Source: Eukaryota sp. GEM-RC1 (lineage: Eukaryota). Taken from it: a stretch of 64,000 nt of DNA. Shown in pieces: positions 45,717 through 58,013 of the stretch. Made by a program: the position numbers and the translations under genes. The notes under the pieces are model-generated. The model ran no database searches and had not been told where the DNA came from. It worked only from the letters and a program-made list of their open reading frames with translations. The stretch lies in contig JAUFOQ010000003.1 in the NCBI GenBank assembly GCA_040285855.1, positions 2,108,001 to 2,172,000 on the forward strand, given 5' to 3'. The number at the start of each line of letters is the position of its first letter. Positions within the stretch are counted from its first letter, which is position 1.

Positions 45717-46868
45717 ATGCACATTCTGTTCCTCCTTTCCCTTTTTGCTGTTCTTTCACTTGCTAATTATCGATGTCTAGGTATTGATGCTGAAAATACC
45801 TTTTTTGCCAATTCTACCATATCTCGGACCTCTGACTGGTCTTATTCTGTCTCTCGATCTGTCTGGAATGCTCCAGCACTCATTGCACTAGATCATCTCT
45901 ACTTTCTAACCAATCAGGGTCTGGTAAAGCTTGATTTGGCTTCTGGTAAAGTTCTTACGTCCAACACTGATCTTACCGGTCGTTCTGTTCCAATGGTTTC
46001 TTCTCCTCCAGGGCATCCTCTTCGCTTTGTTATTCTCAGTCAACAACCAAATCCTGCGCAGCTTTCTATTGCCGATGAAAACTTGAACTTGCTACACAGT
46101 TTTAATTACGCCTCTGTCTCCTCAATGGCAGTCAAGGGAGATTCATTCTCATTTGTCTACCACAGAATCATTTGGCAATACAGCTTTAATGGAATTCTTC
46201 GATTTAGACGGTCAATCTCTTCAAATGGAGATCTTTACCCTTCATCTCTTGGCTTTTATCTTCAATTCTCACATTCTGTGTTACTTTTACATGACGATTT
46301 TTCAACTATTTGGGAACATCGTATCCCTTATATCCGTGCGATTTCCTTCGATAACAAGCTTTCTCGTTTCTTCGTTGGACACTATCACCACACCCTACCA
46401 GATATTCACATGCTGTCCATCTACTCTGCCGTTGGACCCAGACTTATCCAGACCTACAACGTTAGCTCTAACCAATGGCCTGAGACTGTTCGCTTTACGG
46501 CAGTGTTGAAAGATGGTTCAATGTTGTTTGGATTGAGTGCAGGGAAACGTGACTCTGATTATCCTCTTAGAATAGGAGTGGTTCCATCAGTAGCGAGTGG
46601 ATATGGAGAAGTTCGTTTTATTTATTCTGTGGTTAATGCTATTTACCAAGGACACACTGTTCTTGATCACGATGTTATTGCCGTGTCTTATTTTTTAGTT
46701 GATACTTCTGAAACAGTTATTGTTGTCATTAGTGTATCTACTGAAGTGGCGTATGAAGTTTCTAGGCATTCTGGTTCTGGGGATTGGATTATTGGCTTTG
46801 GTGATCATTGTCTAGCTTATTCAATTCTACCTACTGTGCCCAACACTGTATATGTTAAGTGTTTTTAA
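45717..46868 (+). CDS. Secreted hypothetical protein, beta-rich (possible beta-propeller)
   Basis: 383-aa ORF with signal peptide MHILFLLSLFAVLSLA and N-glycosylation sequons. Confidence 0.7.
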   Translation: MHILFLLSLFAVLSLANYRCLGIDAENTFFANSTISRTSDWSYSVSRSVWNAPALIALDHLYFLTNQGLVKLDLASGKVLTSNTDLTGRSVPMVSSPPGHPLRFVILSQQPNPAQLSIADENLNLLHSFNYASVSSMAVKGDSFSFVYHRIIWQYSFNGILRFRRSISSNGDLYPSSLGFYLQFSHSVLLLHDDFSTIWEHRIPYIRAISFDNKLSRFFVGHYHHTLPDIHMLSIYSAVGPRLIQTYNVSSNQWPETVRFTAVLKDGSMLFGLSAGKRDSDYPLRIGVVPSVASGYGEVRFIYSVVNAIYQGHTVLDHDVIAVSYFLVDTSETVIVVISVSTEVAYEVSRHSGSGDWIIGFGDHCLAYSILPTVPNTVYVKCF

Positions 46869-47019
46869 ATTTTGTACATTTTTTAAAAAAGAAACTGGAT
46901 TATCCAGTTTCTCAATAAATTCTGGCTCACTTTATGTATCACTGTTGTGCCATTTCAACATAGCACGTACAATATTGGAGGAACTCTGTTAGATTGTTTG
47001 TTTAATCAAAAATCAAAAT

Positions 47020-47090
47020 TGCATCCGCCGGGAATCGAACCCGGGTCACATCGATGGCAACGACGTATTCTACCACTAAACCACGAACGC
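47020..47090 (-). tRNA. tRNA-Gly(GCC)
   Basis: GCGTTCG TG GTTT AGTGGT AGAAT ACGTCG TTGCCAT CGATG TGAC CCGGG TTCGATT CCCGG CGGATGC A. Confidence 0.95.
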
Positions 47091-47199
47091 CTTCTTAACT
47101 GGTTGCAGTTTTTGCCATCATTGTATATACAAATCTTGTGGATAAATTTCTATTTTTCATGAAGGAGGGTCTTGCTCTACTTTTTGTGATTTTTATCGT

Positions 47200-48000
47200 A
47201 CATAAACAGTGAACAAATACTATAACTCAACATTATTACATGAACATTCATTGTTATTGAACTTCAGAGAAGCTTTTTTCACCGAAAACACAAAGAGCTA
47301 AAAAAGCTTTCGAGATCAAAACAGGATTTTTATAAAGAATGTAAGAACTATACGATTCTACTAAAACTTAAGTTCAAACTTTTTGTTAAACCTATTCTTT
47401 ACAACTTATTCAAAAAATCAGAGAGAAAACAAAGGTCATGTCTTATCAAGTCGACCATAAATTGAAATTGCAAAAGGACATAATTTTTACTCAACGTGCT
47501 TAGTATTTTTGAGAGCAGTCAAGGGAACATCGTGTGTGTTTCTCAAAATTTGTTCTGGAAAATCAAGTGGAGACACTTCGTTTTTAGCATATATAAATGC
47601 ACGTTATTTACAAGCATCCACGGTAATCATTGACTGATAAAACGATGACATCAGCTCTTCTTTTACCAATAGTCTTATCAGAATCACCATTTTTAAAATT
47701 TTTTGATCTCAAATGATCTTAACTCAACGAAACAATTGATTTTGTAGGATTTAAGATTTACACATAGCACACATTTGATCTCTGACATCATCACGAACAC
47801 AAGTTCGATATGTGATGAAAGGGTCACAACTTAAAAGGTGAGAAAAAGTAACTATCCATAACTGTGGAATTTGGTTAATTAATGCAACTGAAGAACTGAC
47901 CTTTAAATCGAATAAAAATTTTGCAAACGCTGGATTTCTTTCTTTGTCCGAGCCAAGTCGAATTTTAAAATCTAAGACATTCATATGTTTTAAACGGTGT
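47200..48000 (-). mobile_element. Degraded REL non-LTR fragment (family D)
   Basis: NPAFAKFL...HLLSC...VRDDVRDQMCAMCKS, KRRADVIV; the 3' part matches ~44430-44810. Confidence 0.7.
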
Positions 48001-48465
48001 TTTTGGAGTTTTAAGAGCAAATTTCAGAGAAGTAACACATCGTTCCAGTTTCTGACAAATGTCAGCTGGGAAACAAAAATTGCCCCTAATCGTTTCCACT
48101 GTTTTTATTGCAGTGAGTTCCTTCCATGAGCTGAGCTCAAAGGATGTATGTTTCCTTGTACTTCAGTAACTTGATGCTTATCATCGTCCCCTAGATACCA
48201 CATTAGTAATTACCATGGGGAAACTATGCAATTACATACATGTTATGAAAACTACCGAAACTTTATTCAAAAATGTGAAAAAATTGAGTTTTCTTCGTCA
48301 TTACTATCTCAAATCTGGTAAAGGTAGCTAAATACCACAACAATCACATCCCAAAAATGCATGAAGTACAACAAAATTCAAAGTAATAAATAGTCAAACA
48401 CAGATTTATTGACACCAATCACTAGTCTCTCACAAAAAACGAAACTAAAACTGTAGGTTTTTCTT

Positions 48466-50409
48466 TTAAAATCTTTCTAGATTTTCCTCTAATCCATCCA
48501 AAAGAACTCGATCCCTGAAAGGAATTGAGTGATAGGCATCAAACGCTTTGATATCTTTGACTGGGAAAAAGTACCGAATACAGTTCTGCAATATAAGTTC
48601 AGAGTAGAAACCCCAAATGGATTGACCATCAAGACGTAACTGATTGGCACTTCCTAACTCCAATTGAATCACAGTCTTGTGACGTGGACGTTTTTGACCC
48701 ATGATTGCAATCATTCCGAGTTTGGTTTTCATAATCACATCATCACAATTGATTGAATCACCAACTATTTGAAAAAGCTTCGCTTCACGTGTATGCTGCC
48801 AATCATTCCTTGGTTCAGTTACTGTTAATTGATCCAAATAATTAATTGGAAAAAGAGCCGAATCCTTGTTTTCAAATCTTTTAAACCCAACCTCAGAAAA
48901 CTTTGGAAAAACTTCTCCAAAAAGATTAATCGTATATAACACATCACATTGACTAGGCATAATCCAAGAACTGAACGGAAACGACACCAAGCAAGACATT
49001 GGGAGATCCTTATCGAACACTGAACGTACATATGTTTGGGCCGTAGACTTGCCATCAGCAATGACGCTTTGAGTAAAAGAAGAGTAGGATCGTCCATGGA
49101 GGAGAGACAGTGATAAGGTGGAGACGATGAAGCCAGATACAATGAGAAGAACAAGTGTTCGTCCAACAAAACCTCCTAGAACTGGTCCCCGAAGTAAAAC
49201 ACTTGTTGATCTCGGAGGAAGGTATCCTGACTTGATCTTGATACTCTCAGCATTAGTGGGAGTGTGGTCAAGGTCTACAGTTTCAGGAGTGGGTGGGGTT
49301 TCAGGAGGACGGCAATAGGAAGAAGGAACTGTTACGAAACCACCAATTCTTGAGAGAGAAAGAGCGGCAAGTGTTGAGAGGAAGGGTAGAATGAAGGAGA
49401 ACACAGATGAGGTTGAAGCAGGTGTAAGATGAAGGAAACCACAAAAGCAAGCAAGACATAAGGTAAGAACACGCAAAGCTGGGGAGATCAACAATCCTAG
49501 GGTTCCAAAGACAAGAAGGAGTATTGTATTGTCTGATAGAAGGAGAGAAGCAAGGGAGAAGACTGAGGAATCATTGAAGGGATCACGAGTAATCAATCGA
49601 TTGACAATGGAGAAGGTGAAACGTTTGTACCAGCATAAATCGAAGAATCCAACAATTGTGAAAGAAATTATGCCAAAGACAGATGTCCAATAGACTAGGA
49701 AAGGGATCACAGATGATGGGGGGCAGACACGTGATTTAGAACAAGTTAGGATCTCTTCAATGAAGAAAGCTACAATTAGAAACACAAAACTTGAGGATAT
49801 CGTGGTCATAGCGCACAAAACAAACAGCATTCTGGTGGTGGAATCTCGTAACCAAAAGGCAAATCCTAATGAAAAAAGAGGAAGTAACCAATGTGTGGGG
49901 TTTAGAGAGCTACCATAGGAAACAGAATAGAAGTTGAATGAAAGAAGTAGAAACAAAACTCGACCACAAGATTTTCCAAAGCGATCACCAACTGATCGGG
50001 AAAGGAAGTAATGACTACCCAGAGAAAAGCTAATAACTAAACTCTTAATGAGACGAAATGTGATGTGCTTAGGAAACTGGAGAATTCGAAATACCAACCC
50101 CAATGGATAGAGGACCATTGTGAAGAAGGCTGAATTGAGGGCCATAGATGGATTCCATGAGTGATTCATTATTCCTTTCCCGTAGAGTAGATAATGCAAA
50201 GGCTCATGAGCATTACCAGCATCGTTCCAGTTCAAGGAAACAAAGGAGTTACTGGCAACATAAATGTACAAAAGAAACACAATGATGAAAAGATAATGAT
50301 CAATTGACATTCGTTTGATTATTCGATGATCAGTGACCATTGTAAAGACCCTGGAAGCTGGTCTGTACCGTCGCAGCATACTGGGTATCCCTATACGTGG
50401 GAGACGCAT
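48466..50409 (-). CDS. ALG9/GT22-like membrane mannosyltransferase, divergent
   Basis: EPLHYLLYGKG...W.P..ALNS resembles the ALG9 N-terminal loop; multiple TMs and a lumenal C-terminus. Confidence 0.7.
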   Translation of the reverse strand: MRLPRIGIPSMLRRYRPASRVFTMVTDHRIIKRMSIDHYLFIIVFLLYIYVASNSFVSLNWNDAGNAHEPLHYLLYGKGIMNHSWNPSMALNSAFFTMVLYPLGLVFRILQFPKHITFRLIKSLVISFSLGSHYFLSRSVGDRFGKSCGRVLFLLLSFNFYSVSYGSSLNPTHWLLPLFSLGFAFWLRDSTTRMLFVLCAMTTISSSFVFLIVAFFIEEILTCSKSRVCPPSSVIPFLVYWTSVFGIISFTIVGFFDLCWYKRFTFSIVNRLITRDPFNDSSVFSLASLLLSDNTILLLVFGTLGLLISPALRVLTLCLACFCGFLHLTPASTSSVFSFILPFLSTLAALSLSRIGGFVTVPSSYCRPPETPPTPETVDLDHTPTNAESIKIKSGYLPPRSTSVLLRGPVLGGFVGRTLVLLIVSGFIVSTLSLSLLHGRSYSSFTQSVIADGKSTAQTYVRSVFDKDLPMSCLVSFPFSSWIMPSQCDVLYTINLFGEVFPKFSEVGFKRFENKDSALFPINYLDQLTVTEPRNDWQHTREAKLFQIVGDSINCDDVIMKTKLGMIAIMGQKRPRHKTVIQLELGSANQLRLDGQSIWGFYSELILQNCIRYFFPVKDIKAFDAYHSIPFRDRVLLDGLEENLERF

Positions 50410-50596
50410 ACTCAGAGAAATTGATATTATCTACAGTTTAATGGTATCTTATCAGTTTGCACACCGTCATTTGTCTGTCGAATTAACACTATGAATCAAG
50501 TATTTATCGGTACAAACTTTTGTGACCATGTGAACCTTAGGCGATGAAGATGCAAAAATATTCCACTCAATTTCTTGTGTTCTCTCTCTGCTTCCA

Positions 50597-51042
50597 ATGA
50601 AGATAATCGAATTTGATTCTGAAACGATTCTCTATGGAATCCAGTGTACAACAACAATGGAAAAATTAAGGACACCTTTGGTGAAGTTGTTCCTCAACTA
50701 CTAGCCAAAGTCAATTACCAACCACGAGGATATATATGTGCTGTTTACAATGATGATATGATGGAGGATGGAAAGGAATTCTTGTGCTGGATTGCTTCAA
50801 ACGACGACCGTCTAAAGGACACATGCGAGGAAGTTGTTATCCCTAAGGGTAGATTTGTCACACACCTTCATATTGGGGATTACTCTGGGCTATCTCAAGC
50901 ATGGGAACAATGTGTTGAGTTTATGAACCAACACAATTTGACTTTTGCAGGTAAGTGTTTTGAGAAATATCTCAATGATCCTTCAAGTGTGAAGGCCTCT
51001 GAACTAGAAACCGAAATTTGTATTCCAGTCATTGACAAGTAA
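50597..51042 (+). CDS. GyrI-like small-molecule-binding domain protein; one A missing at ~50663
   Basis: IPKGRFVTHLHIGDYSGLSQAW and FEKYLNDP...LETEICIPV. ATG at 50597 gives MKIIEFDSETILYGIQCTTTMEKIKD. Confidence 0.85.
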
Positions 51043-51134
51043 GATTGTTCTACTACTTTATAAAAGTGTAAATAAAAAAGATATCTACTAGACCTAACAA
51101 TTAGTAGAAGATTTTGCTTCTTCAATAACTTTAA

Positions 51135-51434
51135 ATGCCACAAAAGGGAAAGAAGCCTCAAAGATTCGAAGAACCAGAAAGTCTTCCACACAAGACAAAG
51201 ATATACAGAGCAGGGATGCTAATACCCCAAACGGCAAGGGACGAATTACACACAGATCGAGTTCCCAAGGGAGAGAACCTGGTTATAGACTCAATAACAG
51301 GGCACGTAGTAGGACACATTCCAAGAGAAACGACGGGGAAGTTAGAAGCTAATACAAGAAAACCTAAGTATCAAACGCGTCAGAGTACTAAGAGAGCACC
51401 AGCATCGGGTGTAACGTCAGCAAAACCTCAATAA
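51135..51434 (+). CDS. Small basic hypothetical protein (99 aa)
   Basis: ATG-to-stop ORF filling the gap between two genes; no family recognised. Confidence 0.45.
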   Translation: MPQKGKKPQRFEEPESLPHKTKIYRAGMLIPQTARDELHTDRVPKGENLVIDSITGHVVGHIPRETTGKLEANTRKPKYQTRQSTKRAPASGVTSAKPQ

Positions 51435-51560
51435 AAAGTGAATATTATACAAGATAGATCAATACATGTCCAAATACAGATAGAATGTTGTGGAAAAAGC
51501 CAGAAGAGGAGGAAATGAAATGATGGAAGAAGAAGAACCCCTTTCTGCTTCATCTCTGCA

Positions 51561-52176
51561 ATGTCCGAATTAAAGTTATTTGGTCGCTGGTCTTTTGATG
51601 AGACTGACTTCGCTGATGTTGACATTGCTCTTCGTGTAGGTTCTACCAGATTTCTTATTTTAGGATTATATCAATGTCAACGGTACTGGTGATGCCCCCC
51701 TTGTTTTGCCCCATACTGCTGGTCGCTGGCAAGTCAGACGCTTCCGTAAGGCTCAATGCCCCATCGTTGAAAGACTTGTAAACTCTCTCATGATGCACGG
51801 ACGTAACAACGGTAAGAAGTTGCTTGCTATGAGAATCGTTAAGCACTGTTTCGAAATCATCAACTTGTCCACTGGTAAGAACCCTCTTCAGATTTTGGTC
51901 CAAGGAATTGTCAATGCTGGTCCCAGAGAAGATTCTACTCGTATCGGAACCGGAGGTACTGCCCGTCGTCAATCTGTTGATGTTGCTCCCCTCCGACGTG
52001 TCAATCAGGCTATCGCTCTCATGACCACTGGTGCCCGTGAGGCTTCTTTCAGAAATATCAAGACCATCCCTGAATGTTTAGCCGATGAAATTATTGCAGC
52101 TGCTAAGGGTTCAGCAAGTTCTTACGCCATCCGCAAGAAGGACGATATTGAACGTGTTGCTAAGTCTAACCGTTAA
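51561..52176 (+). CDS. RPS5: 40S ribosomal protein S5 (uS7); exons 51561-51635 and 51664-52176
   Basis: [11 protein letters not shown]...PHTAGRW...[10 protein letters not shown]...[11 protein letters not shown]...ERVAKSNR. 28-nt intron GTAGGT...CTTATTTTAG at 51636-51663. Confidence 0.97.
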
Positions 52177-52354
52177 TTCACTTGTTGTTCTAGTTTCTTT
52201 TTTCAGTCTTGTTTCATTACACTGTTGATTCGAATCAGTTTTTGGAATATAAAATTGGTCTATTATCAAACCTCAACTAAAGGACAAAACAGAAAATGCT
52301 ACAACAGTTTAACATCATACACAAAAATTGAAATAAATAACTACTATGTTACAT

Positions 52355-53710
52355 TTACAAAGAATCTAAATTCAAAGGTCTAACTTTTTTACTTCCTCTT
52401 GATGGTGAATATTTTGAATGAGTTATTGGACTATTTGACCGATTGAATTTTTTCGTAGTTTTCAGCATCTGACGCTTTTCATCATTGAAAGTGGAGATAT
52501 ACTCTGGAACTGTTGAAGTCTTTGGTGAAAAACTACATCTTTTCAATTCTATTTCCTCAGTAGTTGGAATAACAACAGGCCGTAGAGGTGACATATAACG
52601 TGGTGATTGCTCATCAACAACAGTTGGGGGCAAATTCCTAGAAATCCTGGGAGTAAACGTACATTGAGAAGCCTCCTCCTCTTCATACTTCTCTGACAAT
52701 TTCCTTAATCGTTCTTGCTTCTCTGAATGGTCTTTGTACAACTCAAAACTTCTTAACAATGGACTTTTTGGTCTTGATAGTCGTTTCTTGGTAAGAGAAT
52801 TAGTTAAAAGAGCTGTACGAGGGGAGAAGGTCATTTCCTGTAAATCAGCGACTGCCAAATGACGAGTTCCCATTGATTGATCAATCACGAACTCTTCTTC
52901 TTTCCTTGGGGTGAGTAGAATGGAATTAGATATTCCAAAAGCGTTTGACTTATGAAGACCTTCCAAAATGGCAGACGACAACTCGTCAACAGTCACAAAT
53001 GACGTGGATGATTCGACTAAGGGGCTAATCAACCCAATGATAAATTTACAATCGCCATCAATCAAACCCATATCATAATCGCCATCAATAAATGACTGCA
53101 GAGATTCAACCTCAATCATTCCAGAGTTTTCACTGTCAAAGAGACGAGAAAGCTCATGTGCCTTCTTCTCTCTCATTTTATTTACAAGGGTGCTGGATTG
53201 GGGAATGGCTTTAACGGCTGTAAGAGATCTATCAGCAAGTTCCTTGTCCAACCTGGCCCTAGCCTTTCGTTGACGTTGAAGTGAGTAGTATCGTTCACGA
53301 GAAAGACCACGAGGAGGAGAAGGGGGACTTCTGTTGGAGACAGGTTTGGTATACGATGAAGGCTTGGAGGGGGTGGATATTGAACGAGAGAACTTTTGGA
53401 AGACGTCTTCTTCAGCAATGAACTCAGCTCGACGCATGGGAGAAAGAGTGCGTGTGAGAAGATTTGAAGACGCAGGAGAGAGAGGACGAGACGATTGAGG
53501 TGAATTGATACGGAGGGGTTGGGAGAAAACATCGCCAAGGACTGACTGTCTTTTAGGAGCCGAAGGAGGCGATTTGGTAGGAGAGCGCATTGACAGTTCA
53601 GTAAGATTATCGGATGACTGAGAGAGTTTGACTAGACGAGTTTTGAAGGACTCGTAGTGACTGTCTGCAAAACGCTGAGAAGGAGACGCAGACATCGTAG
53701 AAGCAGGCAT
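52355..53710 (-). CDS. Hypothetical S/P-rich protein with repeated (C/M)TFxP motifs
   Basis: Long ORF with MTFSPR, CTFTPRI and CSFSPKT, and an EF-hand-like FDSENSGMIE. First ATG in frame is at 53710. Confidence 0.7.
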   Translation of the reverse strand: MPASTMSASPSQRFADSHYESFKTRLVKLSQSSDNLTELSMRSPTKSPPSAPKRQSVLGDVFSQPLRINSPQSSRPLSPASSNLLTRTLSPMRRAEFIAEEDVFQKFSRSISTPSKPSSYTKPVSNRSPPSPPRGLSRERYYSLQRQRKARARLDKELADRSLTAVKAIPQSSTLVNKMREKKAHELSRLFDSENSGMIEVESLQSFIDGDYDMGLIDGDCKFIIGLISPLVESSTSFVTVDELSSAILEGLHKSNAFGISNSILLTPRKEEEFVIDQSMGTRHLAVADLQEMTFSPRTALLTNSLTKKRLSRPKSPLLRSFELYKDHSEKQERLRKLSEKYEEEEASQCTFTPRISRNLPPTVVDEQSPRYMSPLRPVVIPTTEEIELKRCSFSPKTSTVPEYISTFNDEKRQMLKTTKKFNRSNSPITHSKYSPSRGSKKVRPLNLDSL

Positions 53711-55005
53711 ATTACCTTGGAGGCGCTTGAGCCATTTTTTCAATGGCTTCTTCTCTTGCTTCTGGCATGAGAAGACAAAATCCAGCGAAAAAAGTTGTTG
53801 ACAGTCACTTTTTGTTTGAGATCACTCTTTGAATTCATCATCGTTAACACCATTCATAGTTAAGCCCATCCATTTTGATTAGTGTTTCAATGTTGTGGGT
53901 TCTTTATATTATTGTTTTTCTCATAATAGGTTCTTTAGCCTGGAATGAATCTACTGGTTATCTAGTGAAGGTTGAACAGCGAATCGGATCCTATTCTACT
54001 TAAAAAAAGGTGTATTTGCCTTGAAACAACAGTAGGACAAACAATGAAATCAGTTTAGTTCATCAAAAGACTTGTGGTAGTCAGGTGTTACAAAATGTCT
54101 GTTTTTAATGTATAAATAGTTTATTGGTGGAGGGTACAAAAGTACATATACTGTATTGTTATTGTACTTCTTGCGCTATATTGCAATAATTTTTCTGATG
54201 CCTATTGCTAGTTCGGAAGTCAATTTATATTCACATATTTTTTTTGTGAATTTTATATTTCAATTTTCGGCAATTCAATACCAACAGGATTAGAGATTAT
54301 AATGATTTCGATATCAGGTCTGATGAAAAATAGTCTTGATTGATTAATCTACAAAGATCGTAGTCCATTTATGTTTTTGCCAATAAAAAAACACCTCAAT
54401 TAACACAGTTTCCAGGTCGAACACAATTAAGTATTTGAGTAGGAGATGAAGACTAAGGATTCCTGAAGTGGTTTGATTTTCTTCGTTTGTGAAATGAATT
54501 CAGTAAGAATGATTCTACAAAACAACATTTCAACAACAATTCTTCTTAGAACTGGTATGTGATTTGTTTGCAATTAGTACATTGCATTAATAGTGTCACT
54601 TAAATCCGAGGAGATCATGCCTGGTTATTCTTAGGAATAATATAACACGAAGAACTACGGTTATCATGAATAAACTGTACATCAACCAATTTTGAAGGGA
54701 AATCCAGTGTTTAAATGATAAAATTGTATTAACGTTACTTTAAGTTGTAAAGAAAGTAATAAACATTATAATTTAATTCGATTTCTTCAGACGAAGAAAA
54801 GATATATTAAAAAGATCCTAGACCGAACCTTAAACATCAACACTCACCAAACAACATGTCGGTATCGCAACCACCAGAAGCTCAGCAAGATGTTATTGAA
54901 TAAGGAAACAAGTGGTACACACAGCAGCAGTTAAAACAACAACTCCAACTGACTCATCTAACCTAATATCTAAACGTAATCACGTGATAGAAAAGAAGAA
55001 TCAAT

Positions 55006-57901
55006 CTAAGCCTCTTTTTTCATAAACTTATGCATTGAAGGAATCACTTTAACTTCTTTTTCCTCCACCTTAGACTTCTTCATTTCAGGTTTAATAATAT
55101 CCAAGAACTTACTACTCCTCTTCCTACTATTTGAATCAGCTCTATCAAGAACTTTCAGCAACTGCTCACTCCTCCTACTTATATCACCAACACTTCTACT
55201 CCTCAAAAACCAACTAAACCTAACTTCAGGTCTCGTTCGAACTTCGTCAGTAACATCCTCCCAGTTTCCATAGCCCTTGATTGCAGTGGCAACTACAATC
55301 AATCTATCTTCCCTCATCAGAAAACCTTGACTTGGAGTTTAGATCTCGAAGTTCACCACCTTTCCAATCGTATCCGTCTTTTTCAACAACTTCAGAAAGA
55401 AAATGTTCATAATTGAAAGCACGATCTCGCTTTTCAACAGCCTTATTAATTGACTTTTGAATTCTGAGACCATCCTGTAAATTTTTAAATTTCTTCCAAA
55501 AAGTCGTAAAATACCTCTCCACTTCTTCAGAATCTTTGTTAACAGACTCACAAATGGATGGTAGATGTTTGGTTTCATAGCCGAACTTCTCCAATGCTCT
55601 TATGAACTTGTTGTAATCAGTGCGACTCCAATCACCAAATCCTTGATTGAACAACTCTTGCCACTTTTGTTCATCTTCATCAGTCCACTTTGGAGGTTCT
55701 GTAGTTGATTCAATCAAATGATTAGCCAAATCGTGATCAAACTTCTTCCTTGCATTTCTTCTATTATCAATTTGCTGAAACTCGTCTGGGAAAAACTGAT
55801 AATCATACCTAACAGGAGCTACAAAGCCACTTCTTTTAGGTAAAACTATCTGCGTCCTCTTCTTTTCTAATTCTCTTCTTGACAGAAACTCATCACCACC
55901 TAAAGATTTCAACTCCTCTAAAAGCTTTTGTTCGTCAACTTCGTCATCTCCATCAATTTCATAAGTTAATTTTGAATTATGCTCCAGAGAGAAATCCATT
56001 GAGGAAAGAGTTTTCTGACAGTTTGTTTGGATTTTTGAGTATATTTCTGTGGACTTCTCTTGACTTTGGTTAAGTAGAGCATCAATATCAGCATCAGACA
56101 ACTGATTAGAATCTTGAGAGAAAATCCTATCAGCTCCAAACTTAATCATACTCATGAGTTCTTTTTTGTCAACAGAAGTCTGAAGACCATCACGTATTCT
56201 TCCCTGTTGAATAATCAGCGCATCCAACTGAAGCTTAAACATTGCCCTCTCAAGAATCTTTTCTTCAACAGTTCCTTCAGTAACCAATCTAAACACTCGT
56301 ACAGGTCTTTTTTGACCAATCCGATGAGCCCTATCAATCGCTTGAAGATCTGATTGAGGGTTCCAATCAGAATCAAACAAGACCACAGTATCAGCAGCCG
56401 TCAAGTTAATTCCCAACCCTCCTGCTCTAGTTGACAAAAGAAACACAAAAACATCACTACCATCCCGTTGAAACTCATCAACTGAAGCTTGCCGTTCAGC
56501 TGAATCAGTTTGACCGTCAAGTCGTCTAAAGGAGTATTGTCTAAGAGAACAATAGTCTTCGAGAATGTCCAAGACTCGCGTCATTTGAGAAAATATGAGA
56601 ACTTTAGAACCTTCTTCTTCCAATCGGGAAAGTAGTTTGTCAAGAACAGCTAGTTTCCCAGACGCTTTGATGATGTGATCACCTTCTATAAACGGAGGAC
56701 CAGGCTCAACACCCTCAAAAAGATACGGGTGATTGCATACCTTCCTCAATTGCATAACAACATTCAACAACGCAATTTTGTTTCTATTATTAGAAGCAAA
56801 GTCAACAGAAGTCAAGATATCAGGCAAATCTTTCTTCAAAACTCCCTTATAAACTTCCTTTTGTAATCCTGAAAGTTTAACGTGGACAATTGTCTCAGTC
56901 TTTGGAGGTAAGTCCTCGACATCTGATTTGACTCTTCTCAAAAAGAAAGGGGAAAGTATCGCGTGCATCATCGACATTGCCTTTTCCACTTCCTGTCTCT
57001 CTTCCCCTTGAACTTTAAACCAAGACTCGAACAAATCAGCATTAGGGAATATGTCTGATCTTAAGAAGTAGAGCAATGACCAGAGTTCTTTAATGTTGTT
57101 CTGAAGTGGAGTTCCAGTGAGTAGAAGACGTGTACGGGAAGTGAAGGATCGTAGGATGGTTGCAAGTTTAGAGGTGTGGCTCTTTAGTCGATGGCCTTCG
57201 TCAACTACCAGTAGGTACCAGGCGAACTTCTTAAAGAAGGACTTCTCAATTGAAACCAGCTCGTAGGTAGTGACAATGACATCAAAATCAGTATTAACAA
57301 GGTCCGAGAGTTGATCTTTACGCTCTTCTTTTCCTCCAATGATAGCCTCTACCTTAGTTGACGGAAGCCACTTATTGAACTCCTTAACCCAGTTAGGAAG
57401 GGTGCTCTTTGGAACAACAATCAAGTGAGGTGAAGAGACACCATGGAATTCTTTAAGGTAAGCAATGAGAGCAATGGTTTGGATGGTCTTCCCTAGACCC
57501 ATTTCATCAGCTAGGATGCCACAGAGACCACATTGGTGGAGTCTGGCCATCCAAGAGACTCCTTCGAGTTGGTATGAGCGGAGGGTACCTACTTTGAGGA
57601 GTTTGGGTTGGCTGTAGAGGTTGTAAGATGGAGTTTGTTGTTGAATGCTGGTGTCTTCGTCGGATAACATTCCTGAGATAAGTTCTGTTTCTTCAGCTAA
57701 TTTTTGCTTGCGACGGTGGCGTCGTGAGGATGCAGGAGGAGGAGAAAGAGGATGGTCATGCTCCGGAGTCGCTTCAGGTGCAGGAAGAGAAGTGATGTCA
57801 CTGAGAGGGGGAGGAGCTCGACCCATTCCACTTCTGATAAAGTGAGTGTAAGGCCGGAGAATGTCCAGCAGTTTTTGTAGTTCATCAGAGGGAGATGTCA
57901 T
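55006..57901 (-). CDS. ISWI: ISWI/SNF2-family chromatin remodeller; one extra G at ~55312
   Basis: ILADEMGLGKT, DEGH, LTGTPLQNN, QLRKVCNHPYLF, STRAGGLGINL, QAIDRAHRIGQ, followed by HAND-SANT-SLIDE (GFGDWSRTDY; FSDEEDRLIV; FSWFLRSRS). Confidence 0.95.
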
Positions 57902-58013
57902 GAGGAGGAAAAAGTTTAAAGAACCCCATTTTTCACTACCATAAATAGGGATTTAAATATTTACAATAAATAATGATATTGTGTTTATTTTTTCAAGTTG
58001 TGTTTCTCCATTA

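Noticed and set aside
25845..57901. eIF5, dynamin and ISWI as pseudogenes
   Set aside because: Each has a single homopolymer indel and otherwise intact conserved motifs, which fits assembly error.
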